Shown here: piece by piece, positions 41,410 to 50,506 of the stretch | Layout of the letters: every line of letters starts with the position of its first letter | Position numbering within the stretch: the first letter of the stretch is position 1 | Source: Escherichia phage AnYang | DNA: 64,000 nucleotides | Strand: one strand, 5' to 3' | Sequence record: MK234886 | Notes under the pieces: generated by a model | Database searches by the model: none | What the model was told of the DNA's origin: nothing | What the model saw: only the letters and a program-made list of their open reading frames with translations | Program-made: the position numbers and the translations under genes

Positions 41410-41705
41410 GCCAATTTTACTCGCTTAACATATAAAGTGTCTAAAACTAATTTAAGTTCTCGGGCTCGTTCTTCGGTAGGATACACGGTTTTGGTTTCCC
41501 ACTTGTTAAACCACCATTTTCTAGGTGTGCACACTGTTTCAATGCGTCCCCTACTTAAATATTGTTTTGTATTGTATGAATACCCAGCGCATTCGAAATC
41601 AGCAGCGGCTTTTGTGGAATATAAGGTCACCTTTCCGTCATATTCCAATGGAATTTCATACCCGTCTTTGTCCTTGTGAACCAATACATATGCGTAATAC
41701 ATCAC
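41406..41705 (-). CDS. hypothetical protein (dda.1 position)
   Basis: 99-aa ORF. Confidence 0.5.
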   Translation of the reverse strand: MMYYAYVLVHKDKDGYEIPLEYDGKVTLYSTKAAADFECAGYSYNTKQYLSRGRIETVCTPRKWWFNKWETKTVYPTEERARELKLVLDTLYVKRVKLA

Positions 41706-41706
41706 G

Positions 41707-42456
41707 TTAACCTCTAATCAGTGAAAAAATTGAAGCATTCAGCGGAAGACCTTTTTTCAACTTCAATTTGTCAATAAAAGAAAGGTGTTCTAAACGCTCC
41801 AGACCTTGAATAATTTTATCATACATATCGTAACGCGTTTCTGCTTCAGACAATTTAAACTTGACGCGCCAATCAGGCCCACCAATTAAAGATTTAAGGC
41901 CTTTTTCCATAGTACCGATTGAAGCATTAGAACCATGGATACGAGCTTTAACCGCGATGACAGAAGGGGTCTTATCAGTAGCTCCTGATTTAATAAGGTC
42001 CTTAAGACGTTTTTCACGCTTTTTAAGGCCTCTTTGGGTATCTTTAATATTTTTAACGATTTTACGAATTTTATAATAATTATCGGGGGTAACTTTAAAA
42101 CTATTAGGCATTTTAGAACTACCTGAAATACGGGACGCTAAACGAGTCTGTGCACGTTTCAATTCATCTAAAGACAAATCAGCGCGCAACCAGTTGTACT
42201 TAACTTTAACCGGGATTACATTACCTTCGATATAACCTATATCGTTGTTAAAGCGTTCAAAAGAAATCTTATCACTATCTGAATTCTCATCAAAGCGCTC
42301 GCCTGAATATGCACACACTTTTTGTTCAAGAAGTCTACGAACGTACTTACTAGACAGGTTAAAGTCCTTACCACGTTTTTTGGCAGAGGCTTTAGTGTGT
42401 TCGCGACGTTTGTAAACCTTTAACTCAAATTCATCAGTAGTTTTAATAGTAGGCAT
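41707..42456 (-). CDS. hypothetical protein with degenerate HNH-like segment (srd position)
   Basis: 249 aa; CAYSGERF...SFERFNNDIGYIEGNVIPV resembles an HNH motif lacking the catalytic His; size and position as T4 srd. Confidence 0.4.
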   Translation of the reverse strand: MPTIKTTDEFELKVYKRREHTKASAKKRGKDFNLSSKYVRRLLEQKVCAYSGERFDENSDSDKISFERFNNDIGYIEGNVIPVKVKYNWLRADLSLDELKRAQTRLASRISGSSKMPNSFKVTPDNYYKIRKIVKNIKDTQRGLKKREKRLKDLIKSGATDKTPSVIAVKARIHGSNASIGTMEKGLKSLIGGPDWRVKFKLSEAETRYDMYDKIIQGLERLEHLSFIDKLKLKKGLPLNASIFSLIRG

Positions 42457-42496
42457 AATATTTTTCTCATCTTACGGACGATTAGTTGATAGGTCT

Positions 42497-42525
42497 ATAG
42501 TATCACGTTGCTTGATAAAGTAAAC
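42497..42525 (-). promoter_or_regulatory. T4-type early promoter
   Basis: GTTTAC-N17-TACTATAGACCTATCAACTAAT. Confidence 0.6.
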
Positions 42526-42594
42526 ACTTTTTTGCTTTAAATTTTCGACGGTATAATGAATCAAGGACTTTGCCTTTCAATTAAACCGGGTGGT

Positions 42595-43209
42595 TCAGTA
42601 AGAAAGAACGGAAAGATTCCAAATGGTGTAATTATTCCATTTAGGATTTCTCTCAATAGAGTCTACGCGCAGCGTAGTTCCCGCAGGGAACATCATCTCA
42701 TCTTCATCATTTATTAATTGTAAGTTTGCTACACGGGTAGATTCAGGAAATGCGCCTGGGAACTCTTCAGGGGGTGCGGCACATAACATTTTAAAGATTT
42801 CTTCCTGATAATTGTACACAAATGGTGCATCATTAATACAAAAGATATTAAATGTGCCGTAGAAGTTATAAGATGCGAAGTTACGAGCTACATTGAAATC
42901 TTTTGAGAAGCTCATTACTCGGTCGAATTCAATTACGGCACCTACACACATTGTGGACTCTAGATACTTCATAGTCTTTTTAGATATACCGCGATAGAGC
43001 TTATCAGGCACTACAGAAGTCAGGTTCTTACGAATAATTTTGTTCAGAGTTTCCTGGATATTATCTGGTTTATTTTCCATGCACTGCCAGAGCGTGCTCT
43101 GTTCTAAATCAGAATAAACCTCATCAATTTCTATCTGAGTATTCTCACGGAAATCATCGCATTTGGCGTTGTTGATAAATTCTGCTAATTTATGGCTCGG
43201 ATATAACAT
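42595..43209 (-). CDS. modB: ADP-ribosyltransferase, ModB-like
   Basis: 204 aa; R-S-E triad elements LYRG, MSFSKD, DEDEM. Confidence 0.65.
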   Translation of the reverse strand: MLYPSHKLAEFINNAKCDDFRENTQIEIDEVYSDLEQSTLWQCMENKPDNIQETLNKIIRKNLTSVVPDKLYRGISKKTMKYLESTMCVGAVIEFDRVMSFSKDFNVARNFASYNFYGTFNIFCINDAPFVYNYQEEIFKMLCAAPPEEFPGAFPESTRVANLQLINDEDEMMFPAGTTLRVDSIERNPKWNNYTIWNLSVLSY

Positions 43210-43234
43210 ATTATTCTCCTCAGTTGGTAGAAAG

Positions 43235-43264
43235 ATAGTACCACAAGCTTCCTTGCCTGTAAAC
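43235..43264 (-). promoter_or_regulatory. T4-type early promoter for modB-like gene
   Basis: GTTTAC-N18-TACTATCTTTCTACCAACTGAGGAG. Confidence 0.5.
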
Positions 43265-43833
43265 TAAAAATCCAACATTTTTAAATGAATTGTTTTGTAC
43301 TCGATTTCGCACGGGTCTCTTTTGACGGTTTCGATTTCAACAATCTCGAATCGTGATAGGCCGGAGACCATGAACTCACATTCAGTTTCAACCATATCAT
43401 AGAGGTCAATACGAGTTTCATCAATTTCAAGGTCGTCTACATTCCCTGCAAGAACAAGGTCGATAGCATGGTTGTAGTAGTCGAAAATGAACGGTGCATT
43501 CCTGAGACTTAAAATGGTTTTGGTTCCGTATTCCCATGCCCCTGCGAACTGACGAGCCTGAGAGTATTGTGTACTAAAAGAAGTAACGCGACCAGGAGAC
43601 CATTGACAACCTACTGAAAGGAGCTCTAATTGCTCAAGTTCTCTGGTGGTAATCCCACGATACAACTCTACCGGAACCGCTGAAGTAACATGCTTACGGA
43701 CTAGTTTGTCGAGGTCGTAATGGAAGTTAGGGTCCTTTTTAGCATCCAGACATTTCTCTAACAACGCTTGTTCAGATTTTGAAAATTTGGAATTGATTCG
43801 GTCTTGATAAAGACATTTTTGTTCGATGTTCAT
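43264..43833 (-). CDS. modA: ADP-ribosyltransferase, ModA-like
   Basis: 189 aa; LYRG, TSFSTQ, ETECEF motifs; tandem with paralog. Confidence 0.65.
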   Translation of the reverse strand: MNIEQKCLYQDRINSKFSKSEQALLEKCLDAKKDPNFHYDLDKLVRKHVTSAVPVELYRGITTRELEQLELLSVGCQWSPGRVTSFSTQYSQARQFAGAWEYGTKTILSLRNAPFIFDYYNHAIDLVLAGNVDDLEIDETRIDLYDMVETECEFMVSGLSRFEIVEIETVKRDPCEIEYKTIHLKMLDF

Positions 43834-43885
43834 ATGACCTCCAGTGATTTAGAGGTCATTATAACATGAAGGGAGGAGGTGTAAA

Positions 43886-44140
43886 CTACTTAAACACACC
43901 AAGTGGGACGCCAAACACTGCAATGTCAGCAGCCATGCCTAATGAGGATTGGGTATATGAAGTATAGGAGCTTTTTGATTCATAAGAGCTTTTTGTTTCT
44001 GGCGCCTTGGCCGTAATCTTAGGAGCTTTTGCCTGAATATTTTTTTGCTCGATTTCCTTACGAGCTTGTTTACGGTCGATATCCAACGTCGATGTAGGTA
44101 TATTAGTTAGCCAATTCATCATTTTACCCAAGGAGCCCAT
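43886..44140 (-). CDS. hypothetical protein
   Basis: 84-aa ORF. Confidence 0.4.
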   Translation of the reverse strand: MGSLGKMMNWLTNIPTSTLDIDRKQARKEIEQKNIQAKAPKITAKAPETKSSYESKSSYTSYTQSSLGMAADIAVFGVPLGVFK

Positions 44141-44307
44141 GGAGGAGGGTCTAAGTAATAAGAAGCTAGGTCGCTAAGAGCATCTTTAGGCAACTTAAAA
44201 CCATGCTTCTGTATAATCATATCAAGCTCATTGACGAGGTCAACAGGCGGCTCCTGAGTTGTTTCAGGCTCAGGGTCCGGAATGACAAACATATCAAATA
44301 GGTCCAT
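44119..44307 (-). CDS. hypothetical protein
   Basis: 62-aa ORF. Confidence 0.35.
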   Translation of the reverse strand: MDLFDMFVIPDPEPETTQEPPVDLVNELDMIIQKHGFKLPKDALSDLASYYLDPPPWAPWVK

Positions 44308-44798
44308 TAGTAACCACCGATAGGACCGTACTCGTACATACGAGCTCGCACCTTAGCATCAAAAATAGCGTCTTCAGTCATGGTAAAGCGCAATCCAATA
44401 TCAAAGTGTTTCCAAATCTGACGTTCGACTTCAGTAAGGTCTTCGGTAGCGGAAATCAGATAAGTACGACCTTTAAGACGTTCGTTGGACATTCTATCGG
44501 TATCTTTATAGAAAATATCCATTGTTCCTTCGGTATATGGGTCTGCCGGATAACGATAACCCTTGATATGTAATGCTTCAGCCAGGCTAAAAGGACAACC
44601 TTCAGCAACATCAACATTTTTGTTATGGTAAGCCTTCATCATAATATTTTCTGGCAGCTTAATATCTTTTAATCGTGTTTCTAACTGGGTTATAGAATTC
44701 GTACCATTATCGACAAGGATAAGACACGCCGTAGCATCATAAGGACGCGTTTGTCCTGCAGAATCACGAACAAAGAATTCTAGTTCATAAACTTTCAT
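44307..44798 (-). CDS. hypothetical protein (mrh/srh region)
   Basis: 163-aa ORF. Confidence 0.5.
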   Translation of the reverse strand: MKVYELEFFVRDSAGQTRPYDATACLILVDNGTNSITQLETRLKDIKLPENIMMKAYHNKNVDVAEGCPFSLAEALHIKGYRYPADPYTEGTMDIFYKDTDRMSNERLKGRTYLISATEDLTEVERQIWKHFDIGLRFTMTEDAIFDAKVRARMYEYGPIGGY

Positions 44799-44952
44799 TA
44801 TGTTTTCCTCTTCTTAGTTTACCTACTAAAGGACCATCCGGAATTTTATTTTCTTGGATGTATTTCTCGTTTTCTTCCATCATTTTACTACCAATTTTAA
44901 GAAGCAAATCTAATGCCTCTTTAGCACGTTCTTCAGCCTCTTTAATAGTCAT
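44785..44952 (-). CDS. hypothetical small protein
   Basis: Manual 55-aa [34 protein letters not shown]...; ATGA overlap with upstream stop. Confidence 0.3.
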   Translation of the reverse strand: MTIKEAEERAKEALDLLLKIGSKMMEENEKYIQENKIPDGPLVGKLRRGKHNESL

Positions 44953-45149
44953 GATTTATCCCCATAGATATCACGCATAATCCTAAGGGCTTCGCGTTCT
45001 AATTTCTTTTCGCGTTCTTCACGGATACCTTTAAGAATCCATTCTTCGGAGTCACGTTTCATTTCTGCATTGGCTTGGTCTAACCATCCGTCATCAAGAT
45101 AATCACCAGGACGATCTAGCCAATCTTTAAGCCATGATAAAGGTTTCAT
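44949..45149 (-). CDS. hypothetical protein
   Basis: 66-aa ORF. Confidence 0.4.
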   Translation of the reverse strand: MKPLSWLKDWLDRPGDYLDDGWLDQANAEMKRDSEEWILKGIREEREKKLEREALRIMRDIYGDKS

Positions 45150-45466
45150 TAATCACACGAGCTGGACGATGAGCCACAGCTTCCCGAGTCAGAATAAGAC
45201 GAATCGCCGGTCCATGAACTAACAGCTGCCGCAACCATAATAGGAGTAGTATCAATATGGCTTGTGCGACGAGCTTCTAGATGTTCTTTAAACTTTTTAG
45301 AATTCAAAGGAAGAGCGCCTGGCCCCACATTACCAGCTTTTTCAGGTTGACGGGTAACTTCTTCCATCATACCATCGCCCACATAAACATATTCCTTCGG
45401 ACCTGAGATAGGAACCATCCCTTCACCGGGTTTGGTCTTGAAAAAATTCTTAAGCCAACGAATCAT
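45149..45466 (-). CDS. hypothetical protein with Ser-rich C-terminus
   Basis: 105-aa ORF. Confidence 0.45.
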   Translation of the reverse strand: MIRWLKNFFKTKPGEGMVPISGPKEYVYVGDGMMEEVTRQPEKAGNVGPGALPLNSKKFKEHLEARRTSHIDTTPIMVAAAVSSWTGDSSYSDSGSCGSSSSSCD

Positions 45467-45672
45467 AGGAAACCTCGTTTAAATTCAACTTTATCGATAT
45501 CATCAGTCTCGTGACGGATTTCGGCATTAAATTCGATAGAACCGTCTTCATGCATCATAAATGAATGGACAATAACTTCGGTATACCAAGGCGTATAGAA
45601 GTACTTTTTCAATACGTGGTTAGCTATAATTTCATCCAGACCTTTATTAGGTTTAATCCAACGATTTAACAT
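45463..45672 (-). CDS. hypothetical protein
   Basis: Track ORF trimmed to MLNRWIKP; longer form overlaps soc and contains promoter-derived codons. Confidence 0.45.
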   Translation of the reverse strand: MLNRWIKPNKGLDEIIANHVLKKYFYTPWYTEVIVHSFMMHEDGSIEFNAEIRHETDDIDKVEFKRGFL

Positions 45673-45698
45673 AGTGTTCTCCTCTATAAGATAAGACC

Positions 45699-45728
45699 AT
45701 CTTAACACAACCTTCCTGGAAAGTAAAC
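45699..45728 (-). promoter_or_regulatory. early promoter-like motif (variant -10)
   Basis: GTTTAC followed ~18 nt later by TAAGAT; directly after the soc terminator. Confidence 0.4.
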
Positions 45729-45738
45729 CCTTAAAACC

Positions 45739-45760
45739 AAAAAAGGAACCCGAAGGTTCC
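45739..45760 (-). terminator. intrinsic terminator after soc
   Basis: GGAACC-UUCG-GGUUCC followed by UUUUUU, immediately after the soc stop. Confidence 0.65.
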
Positions 45761-45766
45761 TTATAA

Positions 45767-46000
45767 TTAAACAATATCAGTTGGCGTAAACATCGCCGCG
45801 TTTTTGGTCTTCCAGTCAGCAGCATCAGTCACTACGGTTGAGTAGGCTGCAACGGCTGAAGGGAAAGTCTGATAATGAGCATTAGCGATACGATGTTCGT
45901 TAGAATAGATTTCAAACGGGACAGAAACCTCGGTACCTTTAACTTCTTTACCTTCACCAGCCGGATGCGTAAAGGTTTTGATATTAACGAAACCACCCAT
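45767..46000 (-). CDS. soc: small outer capsid protein Soc
   Basis: 77 aa; YSNEHRIANAHYQTFPSAVAAYSTV matches T4 Soc; TATAAATA late promoter upstream. Confidence 0.85.
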   Translation of the reverse strand: MGGFVNIKTFTHPAGEGKEVKGTEVSVPFEIYSNEHRIANAHYQTFPSAVAAYSTVVTDAADWKTKNAAMFTPTDIV

Positions 46001-46031
46001 AATAAACTCCTTTGTTGTTTAATTACAGGTG

Positions 46032-46039
46032 TATTTATA
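46032..46039 (-). promoter_or_regulatory. late promoter TATAAATA (soc)
   Basis: Minus-strand TATAAATA about 30 nt upstream of the soc ATG. Confidence 0.6.
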
Positions 46040-46730
46040 TATCTCTAAAAGAGTATATTAAATTTTTGAGAGCACTTGCGGTAACGTCATATTTACCTTT
46101 AAGTTCTTTGACTACAGGACCTGTAGTTGGTTTACCTAATGAAAGCCAAATATTATAGATTTCGCTTTTCAATGGTTCATGCCAATGAGGAGCAGTTCGT
46201 TGAGCTTTAGAAGTGGCTTCAGATATTAATTTATTCCCACCATTCTCATAAAACTCTTTCATTATTTCTGATTGACGAGCTTTACGTTCAGGCCTATTCT
46301 GAGCTATAGCTTGAGCCTTCCTCATTTTAATCTTAGTTTCAGGTTTATTTAATCTAAGCTTGTGCTCTATACACTGTTCTTCAGTCCATTTATGTCCTTC
46401 GCTGCCAGCGCCACCTGGTAATATATTCAAGCATTCGTTAGGATGCTTTTCTCTTATTTTGGCTATTAAAAGTCTTTCATGATTAAAAGATTCTTCTAAA
46501 TTTTGGTGGCCTACAAACCAACGTATTTTATATTTTAGACCATACTTTTTATACATATTCCATAAGATTTTGCCAGAACCTGGATATCTATCTTTATTTG
46601 GATTTAGTATAAAGGTTTCATGTTTACCACCATACCAAAAGACGCCTTTCGGCGTCCTAATTTTTATCAAATAAGTTCTATAAAACTTAGCCTTAATAGC
46701 CACGGTCCTGCCTTGCAAAGTTTTCAGCAT
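46035..46730 (-). CDS. putative GIY-YIG homing endonuclease, SegF-like by position
   Basis: 231 aa; N-terminal YLIKIRTPKGVFWYGGKHETF module; between 56 and soc where T4 has segF. Confidence 0.5.
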   Translation of the reverse strand: MLKTLQGRTVAIKAKFYRTYLIKIRTPKGVFWYGGKHETFILNPNKDRYPGSGKILWNMYKKYGLKYKIRWFVGHQNLEESFNHERLLIAKIREKHPNECLNILPGGAGSEGHKWTEEQCIEHKLRLNKPETKIKMRKAQAIAQNRPERKARQSEIMKEFYENGGNKLISEATSKAQRTAPHWHEPLKSEIYNIWLSLGKPTTGPVVKELKGKYDVTASALKNLIYSFRDI

Positions 46731-47211
46731 TCTTCAGATAATAAAGTTTAAACATTTCTTCAGCCGACATATTCAGGCCAATAGCCATATTGAATACGAA
46801 GTGCATAATATCAATGAGTTCAAATTTAATTTCAAGCTGGTCTTCAGGAGACATTTCTGAAATAGGTTTGGCTTGTGCTTCCGGGTAACGGGCTTTCCAT
46901 TTTTTCCATACAGCAGATGCATCTTTCTCACCTTTAGACATTTCACCGAGGGAAGTCAGAAGTTCACGGAATTCATCGTCAATACAATCTTTCTGTTCAC
47001 GCATCCAAGCAACAACATCACCGGCTGTCGCTAATTTGTCCGGATGGTAACAATATTCACGGTCATTAGCCAAACGGACCTGTAATGATTTCTGCATATC
47101 AAGCATAACCTGCAGAGGGTCTTTATCTTCGTGAATCAGAGCATTAAAATAAGCTTCCTCAGCTTTATCAACACCGTCAATCAGGTTTGCGCATTCGTTA
47201 AAGTATGCCAT
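46693..47211 (-). CDS. 56: dCTP pyrophosphatase gp56 (MazG-like)
   Basis: 172 aa; size and synteny as T4 gp56. Confidence 0.85.
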   Translation of the reverse strand: MAYFNECANLIDGVDKAEEAYFNALIHEDKDPLQVMLDMQKSLQVRLANDREYCYHPDKLATAGDVVAWMREQKDCIDDEFRELLTSLGEMSKGEKDASAVWKKWKARYPEAQAKPISEMSPEDQLEIKFELIDIMHFVFNMAIGLNMSAEEMFKLYYLKNAENFARQDRGY

Positions 47212-47304
47212 TATATTTTTTCCTTTTTCAATTCATTAGTAAGTTAGATAATTATAAACTGTTTAGATTAAAGCGAATAAATATTAATTTAACAGGAGGA
47301 TAAC

Positions 47305-47505
47305 ATGGGTAGTATTTTTTACCAAATCTGGAAATTGGCCGAAAAGAAAGACAAGAAAATGATGTTAGGTTTTCTTGCGCTAGACGTATTCCTTTGGAAT
47401 CTTCTGGTAGTTCCTGTAGCCGCTAGCCAAGGTATAATTTTACCAGCGGTTACAATGGAACACGTGTTAAGCATAATTGGATTCTTTACCGGAATCCACG
47501 CTTAA
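47305..47505 (+). CDS. hypothetical small membrane protein (opposite strand to neighbours)
   Basis: 66 aa; strong RBS AGGAGG 5 nt before ATG; two hydrophobic segments; stop overlaps gp61 stop. Confidence 0.5.
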   Translation: MGSIFYQIWKLAEKKDKKMMLGFLALDVFLWNLLVVPVAASQGIILPAVTMEHVLSIIGFFTGIHA

Positions 47506-48530
47506 ATTTTGGAATATTTTGAAAGTCTCATTTTTGCCATTAGACCTTGGGCGATATTTGCTTTCATATATGCCAGTACATCATTTATATCGGCTTTATC
47601 TTTCATAACCATATCATTTATATCTTTAGAAGGCCATGGAGCCTTGTCCCAGAATAGAACCCTTTCGCCAGCATCAACTAATCGTTGCATACGCTTAATT
47701 GTGTCAGGATGGCGGGGTTCATTGTCCATTACCCAGGCACGAGTTTCTTTACACGGAACCATAGCCAAGTCCAACGACCCACCAGTAATTGCTATTGCAT
47801 TAGGTACGAATAATGAATCAATAGGACCTTCCATTACCCACACCAACTGACGTTCGTCAACTGTATCCATTCCATATATTTTTGTAGCTTGGTCATGAGC
47901 TTTTATTGTAATATATTTTTGTGGAGCATCTTTACGTAAGGCTCGACCCTGAAAACTTTCAATTTGTTTATTCTTATTGAAAATTGGAATAACCAAACGA
48001 GGTTCAGGCATTTCTTTAGAATAGGTCCCTGGATTCACAGAGTTAACTAATGCAGGCCATTCTTTAGTAAACCATAGCCGATTCCATTTGTTTTCAGGAA
48101 TGCAACGTAGTGTTACGTATTTGATGATAGGATGGTCCTTTGGCATCCTATCTAATCGTTCACAGAAATTAAGCTTTTCGATGACAGGCATCTTAGCTTT
48201 AATTTTTTCAGATATCTCCACCTTAGGTGCAGCTTGTCTCCCGAACGATTGCTCTTTATGTTTCTCAAGAATATATTCACGATATAAATCAGGCTCGTAT
48301 TCGTATAGATACTTCTTAATTCCTGCTGAATAGTCACAGTTAAAACAGTGCAGCATTACGGAGCCGTCATTAGCAGGATAGGCCCAAAAACGAGCTTTGT
48401 TCTCATCTTTTAGGGAGTCACCGCATACACGACAACGACAGTTTAATTTAAAATCACTACCAGTTACTTGTCTGAATTTAGGTTGGTAATTCAAGGCACG
48501 TACAGCAAATTCTCTATCGACATATGACAT
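47502..48530 (-). CDS. 61: DNA primase gp61
   Basis: 342 aa; N-terminal zinc ribbon (CRCRVCGD...CFNCDYS) and TOPRIM; T4 gp61-like. Confidence 0.9.
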   Translation of the reverse strand: MSYVDREFAVRALNYQPKFRQVTGSDFKLNCRCRVCGDSLKDENKARFWAYPANDGSVMLHCFNCDYSAGIKKYLYEYEPDLYREYILEKHKEQSFGRQAAPKVEISEKIKAKMPVIEKLNFCERLDRMPKDHPIIKYVTLRCIPENKWNRLWFTKEWPALVNSVNPGTYSKEMPEPRLVIPIFNKNKQIESFQGRALRKDAPQKYITIKAHDQATKIYGMDTVDERQLVWVMEGPIDSLFVPNAIAITGGSLDLAMVPCKETRAWVMDNEPRHPDTIKRMQRLVDAGERVLFWDKAPWPSKDINDMVMKDKADINDVLAYMKANIAQGLMAKMRLSKYSKI

Positions 48531-48568
48531 TATTTTTCCTTGGGCTCTAAATTAATAGAGCCATTATA

Positions 48569-48730
48569 TCATTCGTTTTCGGATTTTTCTTTACGCTTTT
48601 TAGATGGGATTTGTTCAGGCCCTTTGTTGACGACCGCGCCTGAGGTAGTTCCGGAGGCAATAGCAGTAGGATTACCACCTGCATCACCTGCGACCATATC
48701 TTCGTTCATAACTTCTTTAAAAGATTTCAT
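48569..48730 (-). CDS. hypothetical small protein
   Basis: Manual 53-aa ORF MKSFKEVMNEDMVAGDAGGNPTAIASGTTSGAVVNKGPEQIPSKKRKEKSENE. Confidence 0.3.
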   Translation of the reverse strand: MKSFKEVMNEDMVAGDAGGNPTAIASGTTSGAVVNKGPEQIPSKKRKEKSENE

Positions 48731-48746
48731 AGGCTCCTGGCCTTAT

Positions 48747-48938
48747 TTATATTACGAAAATAGCTTTATCACCATTTGCATCAGTGACTTCATAGGTATC
48801 TTCGTTGTAAAGTGGAATAATCCAAGTCACACCATCACCAGCAATAATATGGATAGCTTCTTGGTCTTTTGATACGATTTCATATTCTTCGAATAATTCG
48901 AATACAGAAATCTTAGAGCCCGTACACATTGCACTCAT
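48747..48938 (-). CDS. hypothetical protein
   Basis: 63-aa ORF. Confidence 0.4.
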   Translation of the reverse strand: MSAMCTGSKISVFELFEEYEIVSKDQEAIHIIAGDGVTWIIPLYNEDTYEVTDANGDKAIFVI

Positions 48939-49134
48939 ATTGTTCCCTTCTTTTAATCAGTTGACGATGAGCCTTTTTAAGTTTGCGAAGCTGACGTTTA
49001 GTTGGCCGCGCAACATAAGCTTGAGTAGTTACTCGTCCAAAAACACCGTACTTAGGTGAAGGAGAATCGATAAAGACTTCCCACTGACAAGAGTAACTAT
49101 ACACTGCTTTAGAGAATTGAGTTAAGACAAACAT
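48913..49134 (-). CDS. hypothetical basic-tailed protein (paralog of 49922-50161)
   Basis: 73 aa; shares WEV and ARPTKRQLRKLKK block with the other copy. Confidence 0.4.
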   Translation of the reverse strand: MFVLTQFSKAVYSYSCQWEVFIDSPSPKYGVFGRVTTQAYVARPTKRQLRKLKKAHRQLIKRREQYECNVYGL

Positions 49135-49135
49135 A

Positions 49136-49576
49136 TTAACCTCGATTCATAAAGGCATTAAAAATCTGGTCATCGATTGAATAAACCGGGGCCTCCAGAA
49201 TTTTCAACAGACTATTTTTGATGTACTTGCTAGGGATATCCATATTAACGCCGTCATTCAATTCGTTGTCCGGGAGGATGTCTTTAAATTCAAATCCATC
49301 AAACTCAACCTTGTCGGGAATACCTTCAGCGAAAAAATAAACCAATTGGTGCATTGCATTGCACGAAAATAATTTAGACCTCACCGCAATAAGTTCTTGC
49401 CAATGGTTTAATTCTCTGTTAAGAAGTTTATGAGCCATTGTAATTCTATCATCACTATCAACAAGAAAATAACCTAGGTATTGGTGGTCGTCGCTCCAAT
49501 ACATCCGGTATGCTTGTGCATTTGGATTTTTACAACGAAGTTTTTTGATAACTAAATTTCTGTTAATCTTATTCAC
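49136..49576 (-). CDS. hypothetical protein
   Basis: 146-aa ORF. Confidence 0.5.
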   Translation of the reverse strand: MNKINRNLVIKKLRCKNPNAQAYRMYWSDDHQYLGYFLVDSDDRITMAHKLLNRELNHWQELIAVRSKLFSCNAMHQLVYFFAEGIPDKVEFDGFEFKDILPDNELNDGVNMDIPSKYIKNSLLKILEAPVYSIDDQIFNAFMNRG

Positions 49577-49862
49577 CTGTCACCTCTTTAACGATATTTT
49601 TGTTATCGAAATTGGCATCGCAATACAAAACATAGTTATATTGCATAACACCACCTGAAGCTAATTGGTCTGACACTTCTTTAGCCATATTAGGGCGGTC
49701 GCGTTTAGTGATGTTCATGATATCGGCATAAATCTGGTGTTCAACCGATTCTTGGTCTGCAGTCATAGACCATTCACAAAGGTCTTTATCCAATCCAGCC
49801 GTAACTGGAGCCGTACCACATGATGCTACTGTAAGGATTGCTGCGATTAATAACTTTTTCAT
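49569..49862 (-). CDS. putative lipoprotein
   Basis: Track ORF trimmed to MKKLLIAAILTVASCG (signal peptide plus lipobox); promoter motif upstream. Confidence 0.55.
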   Translation of the reverse strand: MKKLLIAAILTVASCGTAPVTAGLDKDLCEWSMTADQESVEHQIYADIMNITKRDRPNMAKEVSDQLASGGVMQYNYVLYCDANFDNKNIVKEVTGE

Positions 49863-49890
49863 TTTTAACTCCTCGTTAGTTGATAGGTCT

Positions 49891-49920
49891 ATAGTATCAC
49901 TACCATAGACCGTTGTAAAC
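49891..49920 (-). promoter_or_regulatory. T4-type early promoter
   Basis: GTTTAC-N18-TACTATAGACCTATCAACTAACGAGGAG; perfect inverted repeat. Confidence 0.6.
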
Positions 49921-49921
49921 A

Positions 49922-50161
49922 CTATTTCAGCGAATCTTCCAAATAAATTTTACGGAATTTACGTTTTGTCTGACGAATCTGACGCTTAGTAGGCTTCACA
50001 GGAAAATCGAAGAACTCTACGTATTCTTGTTCATAATCGTTGTGACCGACTGAAAGAACCAGTTCCCAGTTGCTTACAGTACGTTGGATAAACATATTAT
50101 GCTTACCAAAGGATTTATTCCAAAAAGAACTAGGAGTTGGTTTCATTAATACAATATTCAT
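49922..50161 (-). CDS. hypothetical basic-tailed protein (paralog of 48913-49134)
   Basis: 79 aa; VKPTKRQIRQTKRKFRK block. Confidence 0.45.
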   Translation of the reverse strand: MNIVLMKPTPSSFWNKSFGKHNMFIQRTVSNWELVLSVGHNDYEQEYVEFFDFPVKPTKRQIRQTKRKFRKIYLEDSLK

Positions 50162-50302
50162 TTATTCCTCGCCTTCATGTTTATGGGCAATTTCTTCGAA
50201 TTCGCTGTCACAGTCTAAACAGGTTGCGTTATCCCAAGCATCAAATACCGCTTGGTCTTCGCAGACCGAACAACCACATACTACACATTCAAATTCTTCC
50301 AT
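50162..50302 (-). CDS. small Cys-rich zinc-ribbon-like protein
   Basis: Manual 46-aa ORF MEEFECVVCGCSVCEDQAVFDAWDNATCLDCDSEFEEIAHKHEGEE. Confidence 0.4.
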   Translation of the reverse strand: MEEFECVVCGCSVCEDQAVFDAWDNATCLDCDSEFEEIAHKHEGEE

Positions 50303-50506
50303 TTAGATTTCCTCAATGCGGGCATCATATTCAAAAACTTTATTGTCATCAACAAAGGCTTTCACCAGCGCATTATTCACTTCTGCATACTGCACTGTAA
50401 CCCATTCAATCATATTTTGGTCACTAACATCCAGAACGGTTTCTTTGGTAAACATATTACCATTTTCAAACCAACCAATAAACACTACTTTCTCTAATTT
50501 AGGCAT
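50303..50506 (-). CDS. hypothetical protein
   Basis: 67-aa ORF. Confidence 0.45.
   Translation of the reverse strand: MPKLEKVVFIGWFENGNMFTKETVLDVSDQNMIEWVTVQYAEVNNALVKAFVDDNKVFEYDARIEEI

Noticed and set aside
47281-47290. AATAAATA upstream of the plus-strand small gene as a late promoter
   Set aside because: Not an exact TATAAATA match; promoter assignment left open.
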